From Cetorhinus maximus (taxonomy: Eukaryota): 64,000 nt of DNA. Of the stretch, positions 24,414 through 38,105 are shown one piece after another (within the stretch, counting starts at the first letter, position 1; every line of letters starts with the position of its first letter). The stretch is from the NCBI RefSeq assembly GCF_964194155.1, contig NC_135885.1, forward strand, positions 52,266,001 to 52,330,000. The letters run 5' to 3'. The notes beneath the pieces were generated by a model that saw only the letters and a program-made list of their open reading frames with translations, searched no databases and was not told the DNA's origin. The position numbers and the translations under genes are program-made.

Positions 24414-24868
24414 GATCATAAGAAATTGGAGCAGAAATAGGCCATATGACCCCTTGAGCCTGTTCCACCATTTAATAAGATCATGGCAGATCCTTGACCA
24501 CAACCCATCTTTTTGCCTACCCTTATGCCCCTCAATTCCCTGAGTACACAAAAATCTAGCACTCTCAATCTTGAATATACTCATTGACTGAGCATTCACA
24601 GCGTTCTGGAGTACAGAATTCACAAACATGTGAATGACGAAGTTCCTCCTCATCTCAGTGCAAAATGGCTGACCCATTATCCTGAAGCTATGACCCTTAA
24701 TTCTAAACTCTCTGGTCAAGGGAAACAGCCTCTCAACATCTACCTTGTCAAGCCTTCTAAGAATTTTACAGATTTAAATGAGATTACACCCCTATTCTTC
24801 TACACTCCAGGGGGATATAGGCCCATTCGAATTAATATCTCTTCACAGGACAGCCTTCTCATCCCAGA
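24414..24868 (-). mobile_element. CR1 3' end
   Basis: ORF 24378-24719 EFRIKGHSFRIMGQPFCTEMRRNF and a CR1 tail. Confidence 0.82.
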
Positions 24869-25674
24869 AAAAACGTTAGAGATGTGAGAGAAAGTTGATC
24901 TGATTCTTCTAAGTCACAAGTATCTTAATCAGTTAATAAATTATGGTAATACACATGGGAATCTGAAGAATAACCGCAACATTTTCACAAATTTGTAACT
25001 CACACTAGCACCAGCAACTACAGAAATGAAATGCAATTCTGGGGCCACTATAAGTTGTAGTAATACAAATCATATTGTTCAATCATTTACCTAGGCACTT
25101 TTTTTTTAACCGTGCTTTTTCTAAATTAACAGCCTATACCTGGTATATGTAGAATATGCTGTAAAGTTCTTTAAATTTTTTTGTAAGCATTAGTAAACCA
25201 GGAAGAAATTTTGGAATATCTACAATTCTTTTACAACTTTTAACTGAATGTTCAGAACTTTGGATCTGCTTATGCTATTCATATGTGGCATCAATTAATT
25301 AACTACTTTTCCAAGTGTTACTTCTATCAACGTCAAGTTTCCATAGGCTACTCATTCCAATTTAAATGGAAACCACAGGTAGCACAAACTGAAATGGCAG
25401 TATATTACTATCATCATACAATTGCTATTTTTTCCATTAATACGAGTTTGTCAGATCTAAGCTCAGCAAAATTTAAAGTCAGTGAAATATCCACAATTTG
25501 CCATTAAATGACGTACTAATTTTAAGTATACTAAAATTTTGGTCTTGTAGCCTAATGATGCAGCAACTTAGTTCTTGGTGCACTAAGTAACAATACACAG
25601 AGTTAGCAAAGAACAAATCTTCCCTAAATTTCTCTGCAAAGAGTTTCTGATATCAATGAACCTATTTGAAGGAA

Positions 25675-25778
25675 GGGTCTGAAGAAGGGTCATACGGACT
25701 TGAAACGTTAAATCTGTTTCTCTCTCCACAGATGCTGCTAGACCTGCCGAGTTTTTCCAGCGTTTTCTGTTTTTGTTT
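25675..25778 (+). mobile_element. 104-bp Penelope pLTR insertion beginning at the hammerhead core, 13-bp TSD
   Basis: ctgaagaagggtcatacggacttgaaacgtt; TSD ctatttgaaggaa at 25662-25674 and 25779-25791. Confidence 0.82.
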
Positions 25779-27778
25779 CTATTTGAAGGAAATACCGAGT
25801 AGAGAAGAGAAATGACCAAATTCTATCAGTAAATGGCATCGATCTATGTGCTACAACGCACGAGCAGGCTGCACTGGCTCCAAAGGGGGCAGGCCAGATT
25901 GTGACTATGATTGCTCAATACAGACCAGAAGGTAAGAACTGTGGCCTGAACTGAAGTGCCTTTAAGGATGATTATATTGATGTTTGTTTGATGAGCTTAA
26001 TATATGGACAACTAGTCCGGCTTTGGGTAAGCATAGCCTAATTATTAAGAGTCCAGAGAGAGCTTTAAAGTAACCTATATCAAAACAGGGTTGCATAAGG
26101 ATTGAAGGACTAAGCTTTGAAAACCCAAAATTCTGTGATAATCACAGAACAGATCTTCTTTTTCTAAAGTGGTCCATTCATATTTTTCTTACTTTAATGT
26201 GAGAAATTTGTCTTATTTGTCTTTAGTGTTTGAATTCAAAATATTGTGGAAACTCTGTAATTTATATATTCAAAATGGATACCAGCTTCTCTCGAGTAAG
26301 TGGGATGTCTGATCTACAAAGGTGGTGGTTCTCGGAATTGTGCCATGCCCTGGGAGCTGAGAAGAAATAAATTTCAAATTGTTTTAATCTTCATACTCAA
26401 ATTGCAGGTCAGTTAATCAATGGATCAATGACAACTGTCTTTACCTTTGCTGCGTTCTACACTTGATTTCAGTAGACATGGATTCTGCTGGACCTATCTG
26501 GGATTCTTTTGGTGAAATTTCTGGACAAGCTCTAACTGAAGGGACATAATTGACGCAAGCATTAAAAATGCCTCCCATCTGTACCGCAGTTTCCTGTCAG
26601 AAATTAAATAGGACAAAAATCTGGTGGTTCAAGTTTCCACTTCGAATTTGTGGCCCTGTCAAGAGAATTAAGCCCCAGTTGTACCTGTTTCTCTCACTTC
26701 TTCAGAGACATCCTCTCAAATTTTTAATGAAATAAATGAAGCAATCAATTTATCAAGAACAATAATATCAAAGTGAGGAAAATGCATCAGGACACAAGCA
26801 ACTAATTAAAACAATTTCTTGAGTTCAGTAACTTCTGTACTGCAACCTGAATTGGTATCAAGGTAATGTTGTGGATTATAAGTATACTTTTATCTCAAAA
26901 AACATAAGATAATTATTTTTGGAATTGGAAATGGTGCATAGATGTGGTAATAGATGCAATTCTGAGTTTTGAATTTGTCAGATTGTTAAAGCAGAGTAAG
27001 AGAAAACTTGCAAATCCATCTAACCAATAATATATTTAACCCTAGTTTGTTTGATGTCGGCATTTGGAGGAGATTTACATTAGCTGTTACTTAGCAGCAT
27101 TAATGGCACCACCCATCATGATCTGATATGCTAAATAATCCTATAATTATTGGCTATTAGATTGCCATGATATTGTTGATCTTTGAAAGCATTTACAAAA
27201 AAAGTCTTGCATTTATATAGAGCCTGCTAACTAATAGAAGACAGAGAGTTGGGATAAGGGGAGCATTTAAAATCCTGAAAGCAATTCCCAAGTTTGCAGT
27301 TACTTTATTCAGCATTAGACAGTCCTTCATGTAAAGCACCCTTGTTCTTTAGCAGAAACCAGCAAGTGATGTGGGCACTCCATCTATGGATCAATTTATA
27401 ATCTGAAGTAAAGATCACAAAACTCTAGCATCCAAAGCTGTTATCCGCAGCATTCCCAGTTAATTATCAAACACAATGAGGTGAGATGATGGTGATAGTT
27501 TTGTAAAGAATGTTGTTTTCATCATTTTAACATGGTGTGAACTTCATATTCTTACACTGAACAGTTACATAAGGCACAGCCAATAAATTCAATGTACATT
27601 CTGTGGGTTAGACCTTTAAGTAACATCTTCAGACTTGTGCAAATCTAAATAAAGTGTTTAATAAATAGATATGTGGCGTGCCTTTGGTTTGGTCACAGTC
27701 AAATAAAATTCAGGCAATCCTTTATCTTCACCAACTGGGAATCACTAAAATGCACGCTATCTGAAAGAAACCTTTACA

Positions 27779-29482
27779 TGTAGAAAGACTTTTTCTGTTT
27801 GGAAGAAACTAATTGTTAGATTCTGGCAGTTGACTGTCTACCAGGACATGGTCTTCTGGCCATATCCATGGAGTTGGATCGATGTCTATCCTCTCAAACA
27901 TGACACACTAACTAGGTGGAAACTTAGTGCAGGCGTAGGGAAAGTCATATTTAATAATTAGTTTTGAGGTTTGTTATGCGTAATGATCAAATAATTGAAC
28001 CATATTAATCAATTAACCTAATGTGATGTTCTGCTTAATTGTAATCAATATAGGACACCAGTATCATGTAGCATCCTTACTTGACAAGTGAGATACACCA
28101 CATGGCCCTAAGTCTGTGGAAAGCTACACTTTAAAAGTTTAATTACAGAATAAATGCTGTGAAGTTCATCAAAGTTGGAGCAGCTAAGGCCTATAACCTT
28201 TAACTCCCCAGTCATTGACACTTTTCAGTTATACTTGAATTAGAAGGTCCTACCTGTGTGAAAAAAAACAGCTGTGAGGTTTCAAACCTTCAGCTCCATG
28301 TCCTAAATTAATTTAGCCTTCCTTTTAACTTGTAGTGCCTTGAAGAGAAACAGTCACTTTCTTTCAAATTACAACAGGCCTATGTATTGCTTTGGTTCTG
28401 TAAACTCTATGTAATTCCTTTGGTTCTTACTACTTATAAACATGTATCAACTAAATGTATCATGCTGTATTTTAAAAGTGTATATTGCTACCTTGTCTTT
28501 AACGCACTGATTATCTTTGTATACATTTTATGTACGAAGTAACTTTGTAATTTCTGTATTAGTTTAAGGGATGTGCTACTTTGTACTCTTTTAATTAACT
28601 TTGTTTTATAGCAGATGCTGATGTTTGGAACAAGTAGCTTCCTTCAACCAAAACACACTGATAGGCACACACTTAAGGAGAACTCTACAGGATACCTGTA
28701 CACCAATTAGGCATTTGGGCCACTGAGCCCAGAAATATTAATCATTAAGACCTGACAATACATGCTTTTTATCTCAAATAAGCAAACAAAGAAAACATCT
28801 AAAATGTCCCATTATCTCAGTAGAAAGCTATAAAAGTTAATGAAATAGTAGAAAAAGCTACAATGAGGGGGACTATCCCATAAATAATTGACACCTTAGG
28901 GAACTAGTCAGGAGATAGCAGGAAATGACATCAGTAGAAGACAATCACCCTTAAGAAACTAATCAGAGATTGATCATGTGCTGTCTGAACCAAGTGGAGT
29001 TCAGGAACACCATCTAATTATTCACATGGGCTGTGCTAGAAAGAGTTAATAACCATCAGCTTTCAGCTGCACAGTGCACCACTCGAGGCAGATGAGCAGG
29101 AAGGAGATAGACTACAGTCAACAGAACAAGAGACAGCACTGCGATGACAGGAGGATCGCGAGCCAAAGTTCCAGTGTGTATCGCTGCCTTTCTTAAGTGT
29201 CACATTTTTGTATGCATTGTGACTTACTTAATAAACTCTGCGAAGCTTGTGACAACATAACCAGCATGGTCTGTAGCTAAAAGCAAAATACTGCGAATGC
29301 TGGAAATCAAACAAAAACAGAAAATGCTGGAAAACCTTAGCAGGTCTAGCAGCATCTGTGGAGAGGGAAACAGAGTTAACATTTCGAGTCCATATGATCC
29401 TTCTTCAGAGCTGAAGTCTGTATTACCCTTCTTCTGGTCTGTAGCTAGTCTGAACAAAGGGTCCAAAATTGAAACTTAAACA
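27779..29482 (+). mobile_element. LTR-like element (putative solo LTR)
   Basis: TG start and CA end, AATAAA near 29230, LTR-like composition. No TSD found, so boundaries are tentative. Confidence 0.3.
29280..29434 (-). mobile_element. Penelope pLTR mini-insertion with 13-bp TSD
   Basis: TSD tggtctgtagcta at 29267-29279 and 29435-29447; degenerate hammerhead on the minus strand. Confidence 0.82.
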
Positions 29483-30542
29483 AATGAAATTTACACAGGG
29501 GAATTCTGAGGATGTTAAACTGTTCGTCAACTGGTCTTTGTTCAGCCTTTCCCCTATGCAGTTTCAATATTTTGCCCCTCAAAGCAACATTGGCACTGGT
29601 GAATAGCATTGTCAATTTATAGTCTGTAATCAGCACCTCCCAGATTCCACATTAAATCTATGTAAATACTTGAATTCTTTCTGCTTCAAGTTGAGTTCAG
29701 CAACTTCAAACTGTGCTCAGGCCACCTTAACTGACCTTTGATCTTAACCCCTATAAAGAAAAAAAACAAGAGCTCAGTGTTTAGAATACTGGCGGGCCAC
29801 CTGAAATTTATGGTAGTATGAAGGCTATAGGAATATTTTCATGTTCTTTGATGTGGCGTCTATAGTGTCCAGTTCCCACAGAAACAGCAGGGACAATGCC
29901 ATACACATTCCACAGTTAGTCTTAATTTCCAGCTTATGTTTATCCAACATATGGCTTTCAGTAGAATCTGAGCAGGTATTCCTAAATTGATGAACCACTT
30001 ACATAACTAAGATGGGTGGGCTGCTGCCAGGTAAGTAAATTACTGGTCTGGACTCATTTGTGTTCAATGAACTGAAATAGTGGTGTGTAAATGAAGTGCC
30101 ACCTGGAATGTAATTTCAATTTTCTTCAGACTGATCAATGGGCTATAATTCTCAGCTGCAGACACGAAGCAGTTGCTGATAGCCTGGTCCAACACATGGG
30201 CAAACAAGTGAACAGTCATAGGCTGAACATTCACAGCAATAGTTTATTTGGCTGTGCTCTTTGCTTGTAATCTTTTTAAGTTCAACAGCTTTCCATCTGT
30301 CTTGAATTGGATGTATACTCCTTTATATGTTTGCTTTGCCTTTATATTTCTCCTATCTCTATCTTGCAACAAAAGATCATATCCACAATGATTTCTCAAA
30401 ATTAAAATCTGCATTGTGTCTCAAGCAGAACATGGTCTCCAATAGTATTATTCAGAAGTTCAGGGAGGATGTGCTCAAGGATCTTCCCAGCCACAGACAG
30501 AAGCAAGATGTTATTGTAGTTAACACAACATCTTTACCATTA

Positions 30543-31552
30543 CAAAAACAAAAATACCTGGAAAAACTCAGCAGGTCTAACAGCATCTGTGGAGAGGAAC
30601 ACAGTTAACATTTCGAGTCCTCTTCAACAGAACTAAGGAAAAATAGAAAAGAGGTGAAATATAAGCTGGTTTAAGGGGAAGGGGGAGAGACAGGTAGAGT
30701 TGGGTAGAGGGCCAGTGATAGGTGGAGATAACCAAAAGATGTCATAGACAAAAGGGCAAAGAGGTGTTGAAGGTGGTGATATTATCTAAGGAATGTGATA
30801 ATAAAGGTACACATAGCCCTAGTGGGGGTGGGGTGGGGGGGAAAGGATCGAAATAGGCTACAAGGCAGAGATAAAACAATGGATGGAAATACATTTAAAA
30901 ATAATGGAAATAGGTGGGAAAGGAAAAATATATATAAATACTTGGAAAAAAGGGGGATCAGAAAGGGGGTGGGGATGGAGTAGAGAGTTCATGATCTAAA
31001 ATTGTTGAACACAATATTCAGTCCGGAAGGCTGTAAAGTGCCTAGTCGGAAGATGAGGTGCTGTTCCTCCAGTTTGCGTTGAGCTTCACTGGAACAATGC
31101 AGCAGGCCAAAGATGGACATGTGGGCATGAGAGCAGGGTGGAGTGTTGAAATGGCAAGCGACAGGGAGGTCTGGGTCATGCTTGCGGACAGACCGAAGCT
31201 GTTCTGCAATGCGGTCACCCAGTTTGCGTTTGGTCTCTCCAATGTAGAGGAAACCGCATTGGGAGCAGCGAATGCAGTAGACTAAATTGAGGGAAGTGCA
31301 AGTGAAATGCTGCTTCACTTGAAAGGAGTGTTTGGGCCCTTGGACGGTGAGGCGAGGGGAAGTAAAGTGGCAGGTGTTGCACCTTCTGCGGTTGCATGGG
31401 AAGGTGCCGTGGGAGGGGGTTGAGGTGTAGGGGATGATGGAGGAGTGGACCAGGCTGTCCCAGAGGGAATGATCCCTGCGGAATGCCGCCGGTGGGGTAA
31501 AGGGAAGATGTGTTTGGAAGATGTGTTCCAGCATCCGCAGTTTTTTGCTTTT
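30543..31552 (-). mobile_element. 5'-truncated Penelope-like element (Neptune-type) with GIY-YIG endonuclease
   Basis: ORF 30989-31600 PCNRRRCNTC...NLVYCIRCSQCGFLYIGETKRKL...PVACHFN...LGTLQPSGLN. Short inverted pLTR piece at ~31526-31552. TSD atct(t/c)accatta-type at 30530-30542 and 31553-31565 (1 mismatch). Confidence 0.93.
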
Positions 31553-31619
31553 ATCTTCACCATTATGTTTGTGCAACATGACAACAGGCACAACTGGCAA
31601 TTCAAGGGTTTCTGCTCAC

Positions 31620-31835
31620 ACCTCCACATCCAATTTCCACTTTAAGTCACACACCATCCTACAGTGGCATACCTCATTGTTCCTTCATTGCTGTTAGGTA
31701 TGGAGTTCTAGGATTTTGACCCAACAGCATTTTGGGAGTAGCTGCACTCCACTTAGATTATAGCAGTTCACTAAGGTGCCCCACCACCACCTTAAGAGCA
31801 ACAAGGAGTGGGCAATTGCTGACAATGCTCATAAA
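31620..31835 (+). mobile_element. Old 3' end of the single-ORF LINE family
   Basis: aagtcacacaccatcct...ttccttcattg...caccaccaccttaagagcaa..gggcaat matches the family tail. Confidence 0.6.
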
Positions 31836-32847
31836 AAGCACCATCTCTTCATTCTAATCAAATTCTAAAGAAGTGTTTTGCAATACCTGAACTACCATTC
31901 TGAATAATTCAGCTCGGATACCATTAAAAGATAGGTATTTTGCCACTCAGCCTCATTAATGGCCTTGTATACTCCACAAAGTGACAGTTTCAAAAAATTT
32001 TGGATCAACTGCTGTGGAGTTCCGGCTAAGGTGGTATCATCTATGAATGTAGGACACTGGAGGGTCTTATCAAATTCTCAGCCCAACGTGCCAATAGCTT
32101 GTGTTTCTGTGAATAGTGTTGAACCATCTGCATGCCTGTAGGGAGCAATATTTGTTTCATACATAATCTTCAATCCTTCAGAGTTATACAGATATTCATT
32201 TGAGAGTCCTTCATTTCTTTCAGTTCAGTCTTGTATTATGCTTTTGATGTTGGCACAGGGTTTCCTCTTTGTGAAGGTTTATTGTCATTCAAGTATCTGA
32301 GGCAAGTGGCACATTTTGCAACAAGGGGAGCTGGAATCTTCAAATATTTTTTGTCAAACCAATCCTAGTGATGACAATGCATTATTTTTAATTGATTTAA
32401 AGATAGATAATTGGATTTCAGCTATTCACCTTCCTCGTCCAGAGGCCATTGATTTTCCTTATTGTGCCTATGACTGCCTCACATGAAATGTGGGATACCA
32501 GGTAACACTCATGCAACCTTTTACATGGTCTTGACACGCAAGATGATAAGATGTGGCTTTAAGTTGATTAGGCAGTGACCTCACAATCAACACGGTTAAA
32601 GTCCTATACACCTCGAGTGACAATGCAGTACAACAATATATCAAATAGATACAAATGTTTTAAGCAAAATTGCATCTACAGGGCTTTATATATCAGATTC
32701 CTGAAATGAGATGTTGGCAATCACCTAACAATAAAATCTGATTACATACTGAAAGCTATTAAAACTACAAAGAACTTACTCTTCATGTTTGGCACTTCCA
32801 CTAAAGAATGCAGAGACTGAGGTACCTAATTTGTGGAAAAACATCAG

Positions 32848-34528
32848 TGTTAGGAAATAGAGATAGTTTAGGTAAGTTATATTGTAGGTGTTAGGAGTGA
32901 GTTTTAGCTTTAATGTTTAAGTTTGATTTGTATTTCTGTATCTGTGTGTTAAGAAGAGGTCAAATTGAGTTTTAACTTCACTTTAAATGGTGCCTGCATT
33001 TCAAATGAGAGTTTTACGACTGTTGCAGCTAAGTGAAACAAACAATAGTAGAGAAACTGGGCTGTTGCCTAGCAATAGGGGTCCAGAGGGGCAGATCCCT
33101 CCCACAGACAACAGAGGAAACTAGAAACAGCAGTTTGATTTGGAAGCTGTTTGAGTTCAGTTGGTTTTCAAAGTAGCTGCAAGGAGAGACTGGAGCAAAG
33201 GAGACAGATAGCCAGTCTCAAGCTAAAGAAAAGACCCCAAAACCCAGGAGAGTGGAACAGGAGAAAGTCCCAAGACAACGTTCTAGACAAATGAAAGGGC
33301 AGGAACTAAGGAAAGGGCAGGAACTTGGTAAAGGTCCTGTTAAGTGAAGTTAAGAGTGAGGGCCAAGAGAGAAAGACTCCAAGCTTTAGATTTAAAAAGA
33401 CAAAAGCTGCAGAAAGCAGATTTAAAGCGAGAACAGCTTGCAAGAGGCCAGAAAGTCCAAAGAGATGGCTGAAGGACTGTAACTCTTTGCTATGGGCATG
33501 TGAAGCAGTGGTGTACTGTTGACAGCTGAGTTGGTGAGAAAGAGTGCGGAAGACAGCCTGAATGCATGTGGTGACCCAGGGAAGAGGGAAACCAGAAGGA
33601 GAGCTCAAAACCCTGGAGGTGAACCCTTGCAAAAAGCATCTGAAAGAAAGTGATGGTTTGGGAGAAGATTCCAAGGAGAGTTCTTGGAGATTGGAAACCC
33701 TCGTGTGAAAGACGGAGTTCAGTGAGACTGATTGGCTCACGGTGTGACAAGTGTCCAGGGGGGGAGGGGGGAGTTGAGGAAAGATCCATAGCATTTGGTT
33801 GAGGTGACATCTGTCACTTGGTTTCAGAGTGTGGTATGCCTGACTACAGGTCACCAATTGGTTTATATGGACTCTGTACTTACTGTGAACATTACAGTAT
33901 AAGATAGTTTTTGTAACTTGTGCTATCTTTACAAATCTGTATACACCTTGGTATATATCTTTTTTATTTGTTCATGGGATGTGGGCATCACTGGCTAGGC
34001 CAGCATTTATTGCCCATCCCTAATTGCCTTTGTTCAGAGGATAGTTAAGAGTCAACCACATTGCTGAGAGTCTGGAGTCACATGTAGGCCAGACCAGGTA
34101 AGGACGGCAGATTTCCTTCCCTAAAGGTCATTAGCGAACCAAATGGGTTTTTATGACAATCAACAATGGTTTCATGGTCATCATTAGTTCCAGATTTTTA
34201 CTAAATTCAAATTTCACCATCTGCTGTGGTGGGATTCAAACCCAGGTTCCCAGAGCATTAGCCTGGGTCTCTGGAATACTAGTCCAGTGACAATACCACT
34301 ATGCCATCGCCTCCCCTATAGTTTTGGGTGAAAGAGTATTGTAATCTAGTTCATTTTTTCTTGTTGAATAAATGTTTTATTCTTTTGTTAAAAGTTCATC
34401 AGTTGACTCCTGTTCAATAGCTAGTCTCCATGCATCTAAACAAATAAATAAAAATTAGGATCTATCAAGCTGGGTTTCACCTTGGGATCAGGCTTGTCCA
34501 ATGGTAACGTCAGCTAGTGATCATAACA
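32848..34528 (+). mobile_element. Putative solo LTR (Gypsy-like, ~1.3 kb net) carrying a SINE insertion
   Basis: TGTTA...TAACA termini and AATAAA signals near 34367 and 34443. The TSD is imperfect (atcag/atag). Confidence 0.6.
33960..34316 (-). mobile_element. Second full-length copy of the tRNA-derived SINE
   Basis: Minus strand ggggaggcgatggcatagtgg (A box), gggtttgaatccc (B box), same body and tail as 7156-7523. Confidence 0.9.
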
Positions 34529-35439
34529 ATAGCTAACATTATCTTGCCACACTACTATAGTGAGAATTAAAACAATATAATTTAAAGTTAAGATACTAAA
34601 GGCCAGATTCGCTAGTTTCTTTCTGATTACTACTTAATTAAATAATATTGTGAAGTTTACTAGCAACTGCCCTATGTGGTTCAGCAGCAGTTGGATTTAT
34701 TTCCATCCCAACCTTTAACATTTTAAAATGATACCATCAGCCTAATATTGTACAACATGTAGAACTCAAAATGATGAGTGGCTAGAACAATAGCTTGTTC
34801 AGCCCATTGTTTTGGTTCAACAATATTCATAATCAAGTTTCAAATACTACAAATTAAAGAGAACAATCCTTTAGAATACACAGATACTTCATAATTAGAT
34901 CTCAGGAAAGTTACCGTTTGTCTTGTTGAAATAGGCTCAGCACAAGCCACGCTGTTAAGCTCAACAGTGATTCATTGCTAATTTTGAAGAAGCATCTGAA
35001 ATCATGCTTACATGGAAAAAGTCACAGACTGCTGACTCAGTTCCTAGTTTCATTAAATGTTTCAAACTGACCTCCAAACTCAAGACCTATTGCATGGCTC
35101 AGTTTCAAACCTATCATTAGGGATTCTAGTATGAAGCCCTCTTTCAAAATTTAGGGTTTTTTCTTAAATTACTTCCAGAACACAATTTGTAAGGTTACGA
35201 AATACACCACATTACTTGGCAATAAGCTGTGCATAGTACGTGACTATTTTAAAATAATACTGAAAAAAGCATTTGGTTTGGCAGATGTTGTACAATGCAC
35301 TGAAGTGCGAAGTTGTACATTGAGAAAGTAGTAAAATCCTAAAAACATAGGATAAAGAAAGAGTTCCAGGAAGCAGATAAACAGGAGTTAAATGAGGGCA
35401 TCAGATTAAACAGGCCACTTGCCTTGCCAACCCTACCTC

Positions 35440-36000
35440 CCTGGCCACTTATTGAGGCTGAACTAAATCATGTCAAGGTTCAGAATGCTGTTAAACCAAG
35501 GCCTGAGCTTCCAACCTCACTTCCTTTCTATCATGAAGACCATCGACTTCCACCACTACAGCACTGCTTACTTCTGCCCTTAATTCTTCCATTATGTTGA
35601 AAACATCCATGTAGATTGGATTTCTCCAAAGTCCTTGCTGTCCTCCCACACTCCTTCAACTCCAATTTACCCAAAACACAGCTGCTGAGACCATGTACCA
35701 CACTAAGCCCTGCTCGCCCATTAGCTTACATCCTCCTTGACTTACACTGGTCCCCTCTACTGCAAAGCATTCTCTCTAAGATCCAACTCATCTCATATTC
35801 GTAGACCTCTTCTAATCTCATGTGCCTTTCCATAATCTTTGGTCTTCCAAGAACCTTCTATCACCCTGTTGCCCTATCACTTGTGTCAGAACCTTCAGCT
35901 GCCTTGCTCTGCTCTATGGAATTCTCCCCCTAAACCACACCATCAAACGCCATTTAAAAAAAAACTTTCAAAACTGATCTTTCTGATCAGACTCTCAGTA
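35440..36000 (+). mobile_element. L2 LINE 3' fragment (old)
   Basis: LLDLHWSPL motif (ORF 35616-35804) and the L2 end ccttcagctgcct...tggaattctccccctaaacc. Confidence 0.6.
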
Positions 36001-36177
36001 ACATAGGAATCACTAGATGACAAAGACTAAGATCCATCTAGTTCACCTTCTACCATCCTGATCGTTGCATGATATACCTCTGAGTCTCCACCCTTAATTG
36101 CTCAACACCCTTCCTTTTGATATTATTCTTTTCTTCCATATAAAGCATTTTAGCACATTTGCAATGTTAACGATATT

Positions 36178-37408
36178 ATGGATGGATTTGTTAAGAGAAG
36201 GTTGTGTCTGACTAATTTGATTGAATTTTTTGAGGAAGTAACAAGGAGGATTGATGAGGATAGTGCAGTTGATGTGGTCTACATGGATTTTAGCAAGCCT
36301 TTTGACAAGGTTCCACATGGTAGACTGGTTAAAGATATAAAAGCCCAAGGGATCCAGGGGAATATAGCAAGCTGGATACAAAATTAGCACGGTGGCAGAA
36401 AACAAAGGGTAATTGGGGTAATTGTTGATGGGTATTTTTGTGACTGGATGACTGTTTCCAGCAGGGTTCCGCAGGGCTCAGTGCTAGGTCCTCTACTTTT
36501 TGTGGTATATATAAATGATTTGGACGTAAATGGACGACACAAAAATTGGCCACGTGGTTAATAGCTCTAGACTGCAGGATGGGCAGAAAAGTGGCAAATG
36601 AACTCAACCCAGAGAAGTGTGAGGTGATGCATTTGGGGAGGTCAAACAAGGCAAGGGAATAGACAATAAAGGGGAGGATAGTGAAAGAAATAGAGGAAAT
36701 GAGGGACCTTGGAGTGAATGTCCACAGATCCCTGAAGATAGCAGGATAGGTCGATAAGGTGGCTGAGAAGGCATACGGAATCCTTTCATTTAGTAGCCAA
36801 GGCACAGAATACAAGAGCAGGGAGATTATGCTGGAACTAAAACAAACATTAGTTAGGCCACAACTTGAGGACTATGTGCAGTTCTGGTCATCTCATTACA
36901 GAAATGATGTAAGTGCACTAGAGAGGGTACAGAGGAGATTTATGAGGATGTTGCTAGGTCCAGATAATTACAGCTATGAGGAAAGATTGGATAGGTTGTT
37001 CTCCTTGCAACAGAGGAGACTGAGGGGAGATTTGTTTGAAATGTACAAAATTGAGAGGGGCCTGGATAGCGTGGATGGGAAGGGCCTATTTACTTTAGCA
37101 GGGAGGTCAATGACATGGGGCATAGATTTAAAGTGACTGAAAGAAGTTTTAGAGGGGAGATGAGGAAAATATTTTTTATCCAGAGGGGTGTCGGGATCTG
37201 GAACCCTCTGCCTGAAAGGGTAATAGAGGCAGAAACTCAACTCATTTGAAACGTGTCTGGATATGCACCTGAAGTGCTATAACCTGCAGGGCTACGGACC
37301 AAATGCTGGAAACTGGGATTAGGCTGGGTAGTACATTTTCTGCCGGCACAGACATGATAGACCAAGTGGCCTCTTTCTGTGATGTAAACTTCCTATGATT
37401 CTGTATGA
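36178..37408 (+). mobile_element. CR1 RT-to-tail fragment
   Basis: CLTNLIEFFEEVT..VDVVYMDFSKPFDKVPH; VRPQLEDYVQFWS; tail ctatgattct. Confidence 0.92.
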
Positions 37409-37771
37409 AGGCAAGTTCTTCCTATTAATGCATGCTCACTTATTGACCTTATGCTGTTGCTAATTAAATTGGGACATGACTGTTAGCCAACATTATTCAA
37501 GCTTCTCACCTACTAGTTTACCACTCCCCTAAACTGCCTTTTTCCACTGGCTCTGCAATCGGTGCAACAACCGGAGAGCAAAGTGGCACCTTTAAATAAC
37601 TCAGACTAAACATTTTAATAATATATAAAAAGAAGTACAAGCATCCTAGATCAATTTCATGGGTGGAATCTCAGGATTCAGGCAATCAGTTATCAGTCAT
37701 TTGAGTTTATCATCTGAAGCCCCCGATTTAGATAACTGGTTTGCTGTCATTTGACACATTCATTTTTCAGT

Positions 37772-38105
37772 TAACAACAATAACAGCTGGTGTTTATCTG
37801 ACACAATTAGCATAATAAAACATCCCAAGGCATTTCACAGGAGCAGTTAAGGAGGTATTAGGTTAGATGACCAAAAGTGGGCTATCAGGACCGTCCTAAA
37901 GGTGGAAAGAAGATTAGGGACATGGGACTTAGGAGCAGTAGTAGGCCAGCTCCTAAATCCTAAAGAGAGGTGTAGAGCGGAAATTCCAGAGTTTAGGGCC
38001 TAGGCAGCTGAAAGCTTGGTTACAATTGTTGTGAGATTAAAATTGGAGATGCTCAGGTCAGGAGATCAGGATTAGATGAGCATAGATATTTCGGAGGGTT
38101 ATAAC
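37772..38105 (-). mobile_element. L2 3' end
   Basis: Homologous to 42012-42345 and 47190-47520 (aattccaga..ttagggcctaggcagctgaa). Confidence 0.65.

Larger units (their letters stand above)
29483..32630 (-). mobile_element. Ancient fragmented RTE-clade LINE hosting younger insertions
   Basis: Minus translation KGVYIQFKTDGKLLNLKRLQAK (~30260-30325), ISLKKIEITFQ (~30105-30140) and ADGSTLFTETQAI-ARWAEN (~32075-32132) are RTE RT and linker motifs. Confidence 0.65.

Noticed and set aside
33306-33857. 183-aa minus ORF
   Set aside because: Ser/Leu-rich antisense reading of a purine-rich LTR-like element; no domain.
34915-34995. 81-nt AG/GT-bounded minus segment with one open frame (CFFKISNESLLSLTAWLVLSLFQQDK)
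   Set aside because: Weak acceptor, phase incompatible with DDX10, no homology; plausible by chance.
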